The notes: generated by a model from the sequence alone, not told the origin. A DNA stretch of 62,665 nucleotides, filler included, from Basidiobolus ranarum (GCA_040143965.1; 17 parts of 17 records of this genome joined end to end with filler, not necessarily neighbours in it); one strand, 5' to 3'. Positions 38,640-52,084 are shown, counted from the first letter of the whole stretch. Made by a program: numbers and translations.

Positions 38640-40567
38640 TATACATCTTTTGGTTGCTACATAGAGCCATACAACTCAGCTATACAATGTGTATGAACAA
38701 TTGATTAAGCTTGATATTTAAAGAAATTCTGCAACCAATATTCTGTATAACATCAAATATGTGTATTTAACATAGCTTGAAAGCTTATATAATTAATTGG
38801 GAGATGTTGGAATTTATGCATGATGATTATCAAATTGAGTCAGAATAAGATGAGTAATACCATCAATGTTAAATAAATTTCACAACTCCAACAAGATTAA
38901 ATCTATGTATGATCTAGCTATTATTTGTATATTGTTATGTCCAAGCAGCTGCATTGCTTTCACTGGTAATATGAAGCATATGACAAAGTGCAGCAGCTGC
39001 AATGAGGTTTTCATTTTCCACTCTGGTAAGTGCTGCCCATAATCAGCATATATAGCAGTGATACTCCATTTCAAGATCATAGTATAACTACTCAAATACA
39101 AGTTAATTATACTTGACAAAGATCAATATCAAACAACTGATGGTGTTTCTGAACTATTTGATGGGTGTCACTACAAGGAACCCTGTTTTACAAGCTTCTC
39201 TAACAGAAATATCAGAGGTAATATTGTCAGAAAACTGTCACAAATTTAATCCCTTTGGGTCAATCCATCTAAATAACACCATGATATTGTCAGACTCCAT
39301 TTGAATTTAATCACATGTTTTAGTATGAGAGTTGAAATTTTTAAATCTTGCAAAATAGTTGCTAATCATTGGCTACTATAGCAGACAACTCAGCATCAAG
39401 CAACATTTGAAACATGTAACTCAAATTTGGCTCATTTATCACTTGTTGACTAATTTTATGGTTTTGAAATCTTAAGATTCTTTCTTATGTTCTGCTAAAT
39501 ACTTTAATAAAGTGCTTCATAACTCAAGTTCAGTCCATAACAAACACAACTTTGTATTAGTAACTCCATCAAATATCATCATTGCAATAATCTTGTAATA
39601 CTGCTATTCTGCCATTAAGCTCTTCCCAGATATTGGCATAGTGAAATCTGGAAGTAATACCCTGACAAATATAAAATCAATTTGATCTGGATTGGATCCA
39701 CCCTTCTGGATTGCAAAACCATCTGAGGACCATCAAAGTATTGGTGGCTTGCATTCTGCTAGGGATTTTGATGGTAGGATGGCAGCTTCTCAATGGTATT
39801 ATGATGCTAATCATGCATGGTGAAATATTGACTCTCATGTTTGGCATGAATTATTTAATTTCCAACAATTTTTGCAAAAAACTAATTTCAAATGGCAAAT
39901 TGCTGGGTTTACTGCCACAGGAATTTGAATTAATATGCATGCCTTTATTTAGATATTTTAGGCTTTGTATTCCAGCCATAATGAGAGTCAAAAAATACAA
40001 GAAGCTTGATATGTTTAGTTTCCACATATGCACATATTTGACAGATCAGACATAACTCAGCAATGTAAATATGCTTTACTGGCAAACTAGTGCGGAAAAA
40101 TTGCTGAACATCAGAAACTTTTAATAGCACTGACACTTGGCAAATACCTGGGATATACCCAAAGTACCACTCTTACATATTGCATGTCCTTTTTTACTCT
40201 ATATCTTTGTCATTCACCAACACAAATATTTAAAGAAGCCCTGCTATTATTGTCACAAATTTTTGTGCTATGAAAGCTGGTGGCTTCATAGAAAAAATAC
40301 CACAAGCATGGTCACTGTACAAAGCCACCAGCTGCACAAAGCCTGGTATATCACAACAGTAATAAGTGCACTAAATCAACTTTAGTTTTGCCCATTGAGT
40401 CCACTGACTGTAGTTTGCCTCAACATTTTGGTAACACTGCCAAAAGTTAAGATACTGTGGAGTTACCACAGTTATATGACCAGAATGATGTAGGTCAAAA
40501 TGCAACTTTTGTTGAATCAGTAAGTCAAGAAACTTTGAGGACTTGCTGCTAGATGTTGACCTTGGTT
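38640..40567 (-). mobile_element. Decayed CACTA-like element copy
   Basis: 40150-40567 is homologous to 215-620. 39930-40140 is homologous to 32150-32370. 39230-39650 resembles 2260-2730 at protein level (ANIWEELN vs ADSWEELN). Confidence 0.6.
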
Positions 40568-40667
40568 NNNNNNNNNNNNNNNNNNNNNNNNNNNNNNNNN
40601 NNNNNNNNNNNTTAATTAATTAANNNNNNNNNNNNNNNNNNNNNNNNNNNNNNNNNNNNNNNNNNNN

Positions 40668-41045
40668 GTCAAGTATGTGCATATGTAGAGACTAAACACA
40701 ACAAGATTCTTGTATTTTTTGATTCTCATTATGGCTGGAATACAAAGCCTAAAATATCTAAATAAAGGCATGCATATTGAACAAATTCCTACAGAAATAA
40801 ACCCGGTAATTTGCAATTTGAAAATTATGTTTTTGCAAAAATTGCCAGATATTAAATAACCCATGCCAATGTGAGGATCAATAATTGAATATGTATGAAT
40901 ACTGGTAGAATACCATCAAGAAACCACGGTCACCCCATCAAAATCCCGGGCAGAATGCAAGCTACCAATATTGTGATGGTTCTCTGACAGCTTTGCTCTT
41001 TTGGAGGGTGGATCCTATCCAGATCAAATCAATTTTATTTTTGTC
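40668..41045 (+). mobile_element. CACTA-like fragment
   Basis: Reverse-complement homolog of 39665-40042. Confidence 0.65.
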
Positions 41046-44000
41046 CGGGGAAATGTGTACCCAATTGTAGAACTCCAATCATCATGGTATCTTCCCCAGA
41101 TGGCAACACTGTAGCCTTCAAGCTTTTGTGTATCAGAAGTACCAGAGTATTCATGAACTAGAACTACCATTCCTCTCAAATACCCAAATATTTGATTTAC
41201 TGCAGTTTTGTGCCAAACTCTTAGATTTTTGGGAGGTTGCTTAACAGTTCCTACCTCCACAGCAATGTCTGCATGTGCACCAACCATCATATATGTTAAA
41301 CTACCCCCCATAGATTGATAAGGGAACTCCTGGCTTTGACTTGTGCCATTTTGGGCCCAATTTGATGTAATTTTGATTAATTTTCCATTGGGATCCATTG
41401 ATGATAATACAGGCTTGCTATTCAGCATGGTGAAGAGTTACAGGTTTTCTATGATGAGTCTAGACTGATTCAGCATGATTTTCTGATTGGGTTTATCACC
41501 CTTGATTTAGATACCTAGCTTCCATAATGGAGTTACTTAAGCTATTTTAGTTTGCAAACCTATTGAATTATTGAAATATAGCTCACCAGATTTTGAGCAC
41601 TTTTAGCTTTTCATACAAATGAGATCTGATAAAGTTGTTTAGGGGATATGGAAGTATTTTGGACAAGATTTGGATTTGTATATCAGACAGTTAAGTTTTA
41701 TGGAATCATATATGTACTCTTTACAGTTTACTATGAAATAGGACTATTGGAAGTGCTTAGTTCATAACAAACATGCATGCTAAGCATAGGTTAAAATTTG
41801 ATGTGATTTGGAGATGTTTTGAAACAATAGTGAAATTTAGTAAAAGTCATCTAATTGATATTTCAACCAATTGGAGCAATAAGCACTAATTTTTGAATGG
41901 CAGAATTGAGTATTAAATAGTCCGATTATCAATAAACTAACTACTAAATAATGAATTGCTACTTGCCTAATTTCACCCAGTTGTTGATCTTCTATGATCA
42001 AGATTTCTTCCCCAGTCCGCATCACAGTAGCCTTCAAAATTTTGTGCATCAGGAATGGCAGAGTATTCCAAAAATAGATTTACAATTCTTCTCAAGTACC
42101 TGCATATTTGTTTTACTGCAGTTTTGTTCTCAGATCCTGGATGTTTCAGATATTGGCTGAGAATTCCCACTGCACAAGCAATGTCTGTATATGTTCCAAT
42201 CATTGTAAACCCTAAACTATCCACCATAGGTTGAAAAGGTAGCTCTGGGCTTTGATTTGAGTCATTTTGGGCCAAATTGGATCAAATTTTCATTAATTTC
42301 TCATTGCAATACATTGGTGTTGACACAAGGTTGCAAACTCCATGTTGAAGCAAGTTAAGATATGTATGATGTCTCTAGACTGATTCAGCATGGGCTTTGA
42401 TTGGGTTTATCTCTCTTGATTTGAATACCAAAGAAATACTTAAATCACTAATATTAGTCTTCCAAGATTGGTTTAAGCAGCTGCTTTTTCTCTAAGTAAG
42501 TGCTTATAGAACATTAGCAACTAAGATCAAATCAACCACATTTGGTGCACAGACAAGGATTCCACTTATAGTTGTTTTATGGTAAATACTGTCATGGGCT
42601 GTGCATTATTCACATTGAAAGGACTCAAAATTGGTATCTATCTTGTTGAACCATGCCCTGAGGGGATTGCTTGAGGCCATGTAGCAGCCTTTGCTGATTG
42701 CAGATAAAATCAGGCTGTTTTGGGTCAATAAATCCATCTGGTTGCCCCATAAAGATCACTTGTTTTGGATAACCATTCAGAAAGTCTGTTTTTAGATCCA
42801 TTTGATGTAAGTCAAGCTCATGGATGGCTGAGTGTGCCAGGTTTGGTCTCATGGTGCTAAACTTAGCAACTTGAGCAAAAGTTTCATGAAGGTCACTTCC
42901 TGGAGTCTTGGGATAACCTTTGCAACTATTGTTGCTTTGTTCATTTCTATGCTTCCATCAGCTTAGTTTTTGACTTTGAATGATCAATTAGCAACCTAAT
43001 AGCTTTCTCACTGATGGTAGGGGAATAACAACCAGCTTTTTGTTGTCATGAAGTGAAGAAGACTCATCAGACCTTGCAATTTTCCATAATCATCATATGG
43101 ACAGTCCAGTTCTGTATAGCATAAGCATACACAACATCATTGGAAGTGTTCCTCTAGCTCACTGGCTAATTTCTCCCTATAAGTATAATCTGGTTTCTGG
43201 TGATTCTTTCATATAATTGTTGCTGTAAATTTGGGCTCAGATACAGCTAGTATTTTGTCAGCCACTTTCTGAATAGTGATGATTTTGTTTTCAGGAGCAA
43301 TAACTGTCATTCTAGGTGATAAACTTGCTTTTTCATCAAAAGTGACATCTCTGCATTGAAATAACTTCCGGATTTTTATGTCAAATGGTTTGTTGGCCCT
43401 AGGTCCATCAATGTAACCAAGAAATTTGCATATACTGTTTTTTGGATCCAATTTTAGGATTTTTTAGCTAGAATGAAGCAATTTACTGTGCAACCAGTGA
43501 TGCTGAGATGGTCCACTATTGGTCTAGTTACATATTTGGTTTCAAATGGTGTAGAATTCTGTAGTAATCTTGTTGGGCTTCTGTTTTTGATATACAATGC
43601 AGTGGATACAGATTCAGCCAAGTATTAGTAATAAAACTTATGATCATATAATACTGATCAGTTGTGCTCAATTTAGGCCAAGTTTCAGCTACACCATCTG
43701 CAAAATTGGATGATGTGCTTTATGTACCAAAAATAGGCAAGAATTTACCCTCAATAAGCCAAGAAACAGCTCAAAGACTTAATTCTCTGTTCAGCCATGC
43801 TGGAAACACTTTCACAGAGCAGACTAATCCAAATTAACTATGGGGATTAAAACTGAAAACTTATGTGAGTTGGAAATCAACAAATTACATTGAGAACATG
43901 CAAATTTGGCCATACGGGTGAAACAAGCTGTCAAAAGTGGCATAGAATATTAGGCTACAATACAGAACAAGAACTGCCCCTAATTATGCAATATTGGCTG

Positions 44001-44180
44001 TTTCAGGATTAGAAATTGCAAATATCACCAAATTGGATCAGTGTGAGGGATGCATATATGGAAAACATCACATACGGCCATATTGAAGCTCCAGAGAGAA
44101 AGGAGCCACTCAGAATTTGGCTCTGATTCATTCTCATTTATGAGGCCCATAAAAATGTCTCAATGTAGCAAAAGGTACTG
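41046..44180 (-). mobile_element. Nested copia pol debris (RT/RNase H/integrase) with LTR C at 41627-41976; 43660-44180 is a plus-strand protease/integrase piece
   Basis: HQMDLKTDFLNG...GQPDGF...LHGLKQSP (copia RT), PYQSMGGSLTY, EGYCDADWG...RRSTTG, CKFLGY...RDVTFDE. Confidence 0.9.
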
Positions 44181-44358
44181 TATAGACTTGTTCCATTTCA
44201 TTGAGCCAGATCAGGCCAGCTAAAAAGTGTGCCAGCACAAATTGGCATGATTGGGCACNNNNNNNNNNNNNNNNNNNNNNNNNNNNNNNNNNNNNNNNNN
44301 NNTTAATTAATTAANNNNNNNNNNNNNNNNNNNNNNNNNNNNNNNNNNNNNNNNNNNN

Positions 44359-47300
44359 AGACCTTGCACATTTGCTTCGTTCTCATGTTGCCTCAAAGTT
44401 ACCTGATTACATGACGCCAACAGCATTTGTTCGTTTAGATGAACTTCCGTTGACAGCAAATGGCAAACTCGACCGACGCGCATTGCCAAAACCCGACGCC
44501 GACTCTCTCGTCAGTCAGAAATACGAAGAACCAGTTGGTGAGATCGAAAATGCCCTTGCTAGTATCTGGGAGGAGTTGCTCAGTATCGCCAGAGTCGGCC
44601 GTCATGACAACTTCTTTATGCTTGGTGGTCACTCATTGCTAGCTGTACAGCTAATTGAGCGACTTCGTTGTATTGGACTCGGTTTGTCTGTGCGTGCTCT
44701 ATTTGAGACACCAACATTGAGTGTACTGGCCCAATCTCTCAATCAGGACCATGTAGCTGTAGCAGCAGCGGCAGAGGCACCCATAAACCTTATTAAGCCT
44801 GATACCACTGAGATTACCCCAGAAATGCTGCCACTCATCGACTTGACTCAGGATGACATTGATCACATTGTAAACCAAGTTGAAGGAGGGGTCAGCAATA
44901 TTCAAGATATCTATGCTCTCACTCCATTGCAGGATGGAATGTTGTTCCATCATATCATGGCAGCCAAGGGTGATCCTTATCTGATCTTTGGTATCATGGC
45001 CTTTTCTGATCAAGACATTCTGGATCGATACCTGAATGCGGTGCAGAAGGTGGTTGATCGCCACGACATCTTACGTACTGGCATTATGTGGGAGGGTTTA
45101 TCTACGCCTGCTCAGATTGTATTGCACCAGGCTACTCTCTCAGTTACTGAGTTATCATTGGATCCAGTAGATGGACCAATTATTGAGCAACTCACAAAGC
45201 GTGTGGACCCCCGAGAGTATCGCATCGATTTAACTCAAGCTCCATTGACGCGTTTCGTCATTGCGCCCGATGTTGATGGTCGCTGGATAGTGGCTCATTT
45301 GCTACACCATACTATTGGTGATCACTCAGCTGTTGATGAAATGAATTACGAAATTGAAGCGTTCCTTGGAGGCCGAGGAGAATTACTGTCAGCGCCATCT
45401 TCATTCCGTAATCTTATAGCACAAACGCGTGCAGGACATAGTGTTCAGGCGCACGAGCGATTCTTTAGCAAGATGCTTGCGGATATTGAAACCCCTACCT
45501 AGCCTTTTGGATTGTCAAATGTTCACGGCAGTGGTCTCAATATCACCGAAACCTACCGTTTGCTGCCACAGGATCTGAACAACCGCCTTCGCAGTCAAGC
45601 CAAATTGATGGGTGTCAGTCTTGCAAGTATGTGCCATCTTGCTTGGGCGCAAGTTATTGCGCGAACCAGTGGACAACAACGAGTGGTGTTTGGTACTGTT
45701 CTCTTTGGGCGCATGCAAGCAGGGTCTGGCGCGGACCGCGCAATGGGACTATTCATTAATACACTACCAGTTCGTATAGACATAGAAAATTCCAGCGTTC
45801 AGCATACCGTACGTCAAACTCAAGTCACTTTAGCAGCTTTAATGGATCATGAGCACGCTTCATTGGCATTAGCCCAAAGATGCAGCAGTGTCCCCTCTGG
45901 TACTCCAATGTTCAGCGCCCTCCTGAACTATCGTCATAATAAAAAGGAAGCGAGTGAGAATACAGGAATCCCTGGTATTGATTATATTGAAGGACAAGAG
46001 CGCACCAACTACCCATTCGTGATGTCTGTTGAAGACAACGGGAACTCACTCGGTATCACGGCTCAGATTGTTCAACCTTTTGATTCAGTTCGTATTATTG
46101 AGTACATGCAGCAAGCCTTACAAAGTCTAGCCGTTGCGTTGGAGTCCACACCTAATATGCCAGTTCAAGAGTTGGAGATTATTCCTATGGATGAGCGCAA
46201 CTTGATGCTTCATTCGTGGAATACCACACACGAACCCTATCCCGATCAATTGTGTATTCACCATCTATTTGAGCAGCAGGTATCTCGTTCTCCTGATGCC
46301 GTCGCTATTGTATATGAGTCGCAGACATTGACATATGCTGAGATCAATGTACGCGCCAATCGCCTCGCACATCATCTCATTGATATTGGAGTCACGCCCG
46401 ATACTCTTGTCGCGCTCTGCGTAGAGCGCTCACCTGCAGTTGTGATCGGAATACTTGCCATTTTGAAGGCTGGTGGTGCTTATTTACCACTAGACCCTGT
46501 GTACGCAAGTGAACGACTGGCTGACATTCTCTCCGATGCATCTCCATCCATTATCTTGGCAGATAAGCACGGTCAGAATACAATTGGCGAAGCATCGCTC
46601 TTAACACTGACTGTAATCGATCCAAACATGCAGTTGGACGAGAACCACACCGAAAACCCACAAGTCCCTAGCTTGACATCGCATCATCTCGCCTATGTCA
46701 TCTATACGTCGGGATCTACAGGTAAGCCTAAAGGTGTGATGGTGGAGCACGCCCAAGTGACTCGTCTGTTTGATGCAACAGCGTCCTGGTATCAATTCGA
46801 CGAAAACGATACCTGGTGCCTGCTGCACTCCTACAGCTTCGATTTCTCGGTGTGGGAGTTGTGGGGAGCTCTTCGATATGGTGGTAAACTCGTACTCCCA
46901 TCCCATCATGTTACTCGTTCCTCTGAAGACTTGTATCAATTGATTTGTGAGCAAGGTATCACTGTCTTGAATCTGACTCCCAGTGCCTTCAAGCCGCTGA
47001 TTGTATGCCAAGCACAAAGTGAGCTCCGTGATCAACTGCGCTATGTTATCTTTGGAGGTGAGGCACTCGAACCGGCTATCCTTCAGCCATGGTATGCCAC
47101 ACGATCTGAAGATTCACCCAAAATTGTGAACATGTATGGTATTACAGAAACCACGGTCCATGTCACTTATCGCGTGATGAAGAAGGAGGACTGTGCGCAG
47201 GTCATTAGTCCCATTGGTGCGAGAATTCCAGATCTGACTACCTATATCCTAGATACTCATGGTAATCCAGTACCTTTGGGAGTGATCGGAGAGTTGTATA

Positions 47301-47946
47301 TCGGTGGAGCAGGTGTTACAAGGGGATATCTGAATCGACCAGAGTTGACCGCTGAGAGGTTCCCTCTTGACCCATTCAGCAAGAGACAAGGTGCTCGCAT
47401 GTACAGAACTGGTGATCTCGGGCGTTATTTATCTGATGGAAGTCTGATATTCTTGGGTCGTAATGATCACCAAGTCAAGATCCGCGGTTTCCGAATTGAG
47501 CTAGGAGAGATTGAGGCACGTCTTGTTGATCATCCTGTTGTCAAGGAGGCTGTGGTACTTGTTCTGGGAGATGCCTCTGATAAGCGTCTTGTCGCGTATA
47601 TAGTTGCTGAACATAGGGAGGACCTGGCCCATTTGCTTCGTTCCCACGTTGCCGCAAGACTGCCTGATTACATGACACCAGCAGCGTTTGTTCGCATGGA
47701 TGAGCTTCCATTAACATCAAATGGCAAACTCGACCGTCGTGCACTTCCAGAACCGGATAGTGACTCCCTCGTCAGTCAGAGATATGAGGAACCTGTGGGT
47801 GAGATCGAGACTGCTCTTGCGGGTATCTGGGCGGATCTACTCAAAATCAACAGAATTGGGCGTCATGACAACTTCTTCATGCTTGGCGGTCATTCTTTGC
47901 TAGCTGTGCAGCTGATTGAACGCCTTCGTCGCATTAAACTTGGTTT
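44359..47946 (+). CDS. Bacterial-type multimodular NRPS fragment: (A C-term)-T-dual E/C-A(Thr)-T, one in-frame TAG at 45500-45502
   Basis: Intronless. [13 protein letters not shown] x2. [10 protein letters not shown] plus [54 protein letters not shown]. Manually read specificity code DFWNIGMVHK. Truncated at both ends. Confidence 0.95.
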
Positions 47947-48046
47947 NNNNNNNNNNNNNNNNNNNNNNNNNNNNNNNNNNNNNNNNNNNNTTAATTAATT
48001 AANNNNNNNNNNNNNNNNNNNNNNNNNNNNNNNNNNNNNNNNNNNN

Positions 48047-48541
48047 ATTGTTCTTTTTTAGCCCAGAGTAAAACTTTGGTTTTATATATTTTGCAAACTT
48101 GATAAATGGTTCCATCCAATTCATCAGAAGAGGGAAAAGTTCCATAAATTTGAGAATTAGACATTGCATAGAGTGCAAGCTTGGGGCTCATAACCTGTTA
48201 AAGTATTTGGGAGCCTGTTGGAAGTGGTTTGGAGAATTAGAGATATTGGTGGCTTTCACTTATTAATTTATTGAGTAAAAAGTTGGTATTTATAGTTGTC
48301 AAGATATAAGCAAACTAAAGTGTACAATGTGTTATGGAAGGTCTCAGGAACAAGTGTGCAAAGTCTGTGGCTTCTAACACAAGTTTGAAAAATCTTCATA
48401 TCTGAGAACTTCTAAGTTGGTATAAATATTTCAAGTAATACCTGTTTGAGAATAGTGGGTAATGTCTTGGAAAATTAAAAGATAGCTAAGTACTAAGCTA
48501 TATATGACTATATAGGTTCTTAAGTAATGCTAATTTCAACA
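48047..48541 (-). mobile_element. copia element 5' end: LTR B (48196-48541), PBS (48184-48195), gag start
   Basis: ...TTTAACA|GGTTATGAGCCCCAAG, then MSNSQIYGTFPSSDELDGTIYQVCK (copia gag N-terminal LxGxNYxxW-like). Confidence 0.88.
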
Positions 48542-48959
48542 CCATCACAATGTCAGATAGACTACCATCTATATCTTTGATATGACTATTGCTTTTATAT
48601 TTCTTTTCTTCCTACAAACCTGGCTTTTAGTCCATTATCCATTTAGTTTCTCCTGCCTTCTTTCCCTTTTATTGGTACTTGCACCTACAAGCACCATATC
48701 TATATTGTGAAAACTGGAATACATTGAAAGGAGAGTCAATAAAGGATATGATCCCTAACTTGACTCTGTGTTAGGAGGTTGTTGTCCTAATTCTAGCTTA
48801 ATCTTGATTAGGATACATTTCACCTACAAGGACTATTTCTACAACCATAAAACTTGAATACACCAATATCTGAGTCAATGAAAGATATGATCCTATACTT
48901 TCACTGCATCTTAGGAGATTGCTGTCCTAATTCTTACTCTATTTTGATGAGGATATAAG

Positions 48960-51631
48960 CCAAATAATTTTCATATGACTGGTGTATTTATCCCCCAAAA
49001 ATTTAAACATCTCATATAGTAAGCTGAAAGCTATGACTTTTGAAATGTATGCTACTTTGGCATTAATTTCCTAGGTTATGCAAACTTACATGTTGGTGTG
49101 GAATTTAAAAGCAATTTAGCCAGGATTACTAGGGAATAATGATCATAAATGATACTATCTTGAGATTAATTTTTCAAAAGAAGAGGCTCTATTACTGGCC
49201 CTAACAGAAATTTGAGGATTGTTATTGTAGGAAAACCATCACAGTTTTAATCCATTTGGGATTGGCCATTTACTTACCATCATAAAATTGTCAAGTTAGA
49301 TTTGATTTTAATCAATTTTTTCAGTTTCAGGAGTGAAATTTCAGGATCTTGCAAAATTGTTGCACATGACTGGCTATAATATCAGAGAACTATGGATCAA
49401 CACATGTGCAAAAAATGTAACTCAAACTTTACACATTTACCACTTGAATGCTAATTTGTTACCTTCAAAATTACTGGTTTCTTTGATATATACTCCTCAT
49501 GTTTTTAAAGAGTTCTTCATACCCAAGGTTTAGCTCATATCCAACATGAGTTTGTATCAATATCTCCATCAAAGCCCACTATTGTATTAATGTTGCTGAA
49601 TCTACATTCTTCCAGCTATCTAGTGGATACCCTGCAATATTGTTCCACTCTGTATTAAGTTCTTCCCAGATATCTGCATGGTCAATACCAGAATGTATGT
49701 CAAGTTAAATGTTTTTCTTCTGAGGCCACTTTCTGTATATTTGCACTGTGCTTTTCCCTTCATACTTTTGAAAGTACTCCTCAAGCACTATGACTATTTT
49801 CATATGTCCTTGTAGTGTGACACTACTGAGGGTGCTTTGCAGTGTTTGTGTGGCTTTTTGCTTGCCTTTAACTTTGGGGCTAATTTCAACACTTTGAAAA
49901 GTACCAGTTGGGGTTGGAGAGCCATGAGTTTTATTTGCTGGAGTTTTGGCTTGTTAAGAGATGCCAGGTGTTGGATAAACTTCCAAATTTAGCACTCTTC
50001 CTACTGGTGTACCTGGTTCCATGGTGAAATTAAACCTTTTTGCCAGTATATCTGACTCTGGAAATGCAGATCTTTGTAATGGTGTGAAGAATTTGGTAAG
50101 TGGGACAGTAGAGCCTAACCTCACTGGCTCCTTTGCTTTTCCCTTTGGTTTACTAACTTCCTGCTCCTTGAGTACTTCTTTAGCTGCTTTTCTTTCTTTT
50201 CCAAGTCAATAATTGCATACATTCTTGAGATGTTTCATGAATAGGCCTATACTAGCCCAATTGCCATTTGCTTGCAAAACCCAGGATAAGCAACATGAAA
50301 TAAGTCAAGAACCTGCAGGGTTATGCCTGGTTTTTGGTTTTTTCACAATTGGCTCAAATCCAGGTGGTTTTTTGCCAAGATTCTGCACAGTTTCCAAAAT
50401 GTTAAACCACTCATCATCAGAGCAAGTGATGGTAACTCTGACATTCAGAGTTTTTGGTTTGCCAGTTTTCCTATGAGATTTCTACTTTTATGTGCCCTAG
50501 CAATTTCAGGTCATTGTGTAGGCTTTATGGTCCAACACATATTTTGCTCTGCTAGAGTGTTACGGTGACATTTGTATATATGGTGTGGGATTGATTGAAA
50601 TCCTGTATGAGAATGGATGGAGGGAGCAGCATGTTGCTGTAGTTCAAGTACAGAATTCTGAATGTCTTGTCTCATTGTTGAGTGACACTCTAACTGTTGA
50701 CTAGTTGCTTCTACATGCTGCATCAATTGCAATATTGCAGCATTATTACTTGTAATGGCTTGTAGAGCAACCTTGTAGTTTTTACTTATGATCATATACA
50801 AATCATTATGGTGTTCTGCCTGCAACTTCCTTGTTGTAGTAATTCTATCCAAATATTATGCAGAGGTTTGTCAATAGTGGGTAAAGTAGCCATTTTAGAA
50901 GTTGATGGTCTTGATGGTGTTTTTGTTGAACTTTCTCAACTATTTATTTACTACGTAATTGGGGGATTGCAATCTCTTCACTTGCACTATTACTGGAAAG
51001 AAACAGATCTGGTAAATTGATTAATGCTTCATCATTACTTGAGTTAGTTTACAGCATGTTAATGCCTTCCAAAGTGGATAGGGGATAGTGGATTGCTAGA
51101 CTCCTCATCAATTAAGTCTTGTGTTCTTGCTGGTTTTTTTCCTTTTGTGCCAGCAGGCTTTAGCTTGAAAGCCAATTTTGATTTAGATTTTGGACACTTT
51201 TTGAATGGCATTGAAATTTTTTAGAAACAGCTTAAAATAAACCAAAATTGGCATCCATTACCAGAAATATCTTGTATATCTGCTGATGACTCATCTGTGA
51301 CACCATCTCAGAATCAGCTGATGATATTGATGGACTATACCTAAGATACCACCCTTATGTAGGGGGTGTTCTTTCTTCAATAATATTCTTCTAATGCCAC
51401 AACACAAATGTTTAAAGAAGCCCTGCTATTATTGTCACAAATCCTTGTGCAATCAAAGCTGGAGGCTTCATAGAAAAAATAATCACAAGCATGGTCACTG
51501 TACAAAGCTACTGGCTGCACAAAGCCTGGTAAATATCAACAGCAATAAGTGCACAAATTGGACTTTTGTTTTGCCCACTAAGTCCACTGACTGTACTTTG
51601 CCTCCAAGTTTTGGTAACACTGCCAAAAGTC
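48960..51631 (-). mobile_element. Decayed CACTA-like family A copy
   Basis: Reverse complement is colinear with ~330-2740 (e.g. shared KGKAKEPV). CpG nearly absent. Confidence 0.6.
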
Positions 51632-51733
51632 NNNNNNNNNNNNNNNNNNNNNNNNNNNNNNNNNNNNNNNNNNNNTTAATTAATTAANNNNNNNNNNNNN
51701 NNNNNNNNNNNNNNNNNNNNNNNNNNNNNNNCT

Positions 51734-52084
51734 GCTCCCTCATCTCCTCGACTTAGCGAGAACCACTTCGAGAACTTGAGTGTCTCTGAACAAGAGCCTT
51801 GTGATTATTTTGGACGTTCTCCAATTTCACGCACTCAAAATCCTCTTCCATTAGATACTATGTTCTACAAGTACGGTCCTACTGCTCCTGAGGTTAAGAT
51901 TTATAACCCACGTAATGTAGCCCAGTTTGACATCGCTGACCAACCTAGAAATAATCTTTCGTCTACATTCTCCAAGATGACTGTTGACAAACATCCCGTC
52001 AACCTTTCTTTTGAGAAGTTGCTCGTTAGACCTAGATCCCACAGCGTCGGCGCCAGGCCAGGAAAATGTGGAGCCATGTTCTAA
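51734..52084 (+). CDS. 3' part of a hypothetical protein (partial)
   Basis: Open from the contig edge: APSSPRLSENHF...SPISRTQNPLPLDTMF...RPRSHSVGARPGKCGAMF*. Confidence 0.55.
   Translation, partial: APSSPRLSENHFENLSVSEQEPCDYFGRSPISRTQNPLPLDTMFYKYGPTAPEVKIYNPRNVAQFDIADQPRNNLSSTFSKMTVDKHPVNLSFEKLLVRPRSHSVGARPGKCGAMF

Noticed and set aside
39945-40136. PIN/XPG nuclease or Fanzor-like protein (KLLVFFDSH...KPK)
   Set aside because: Only a weak resemblance. No RuvC or XPG-I motifs were seen, and the flanks fit a CACTA transposase better.
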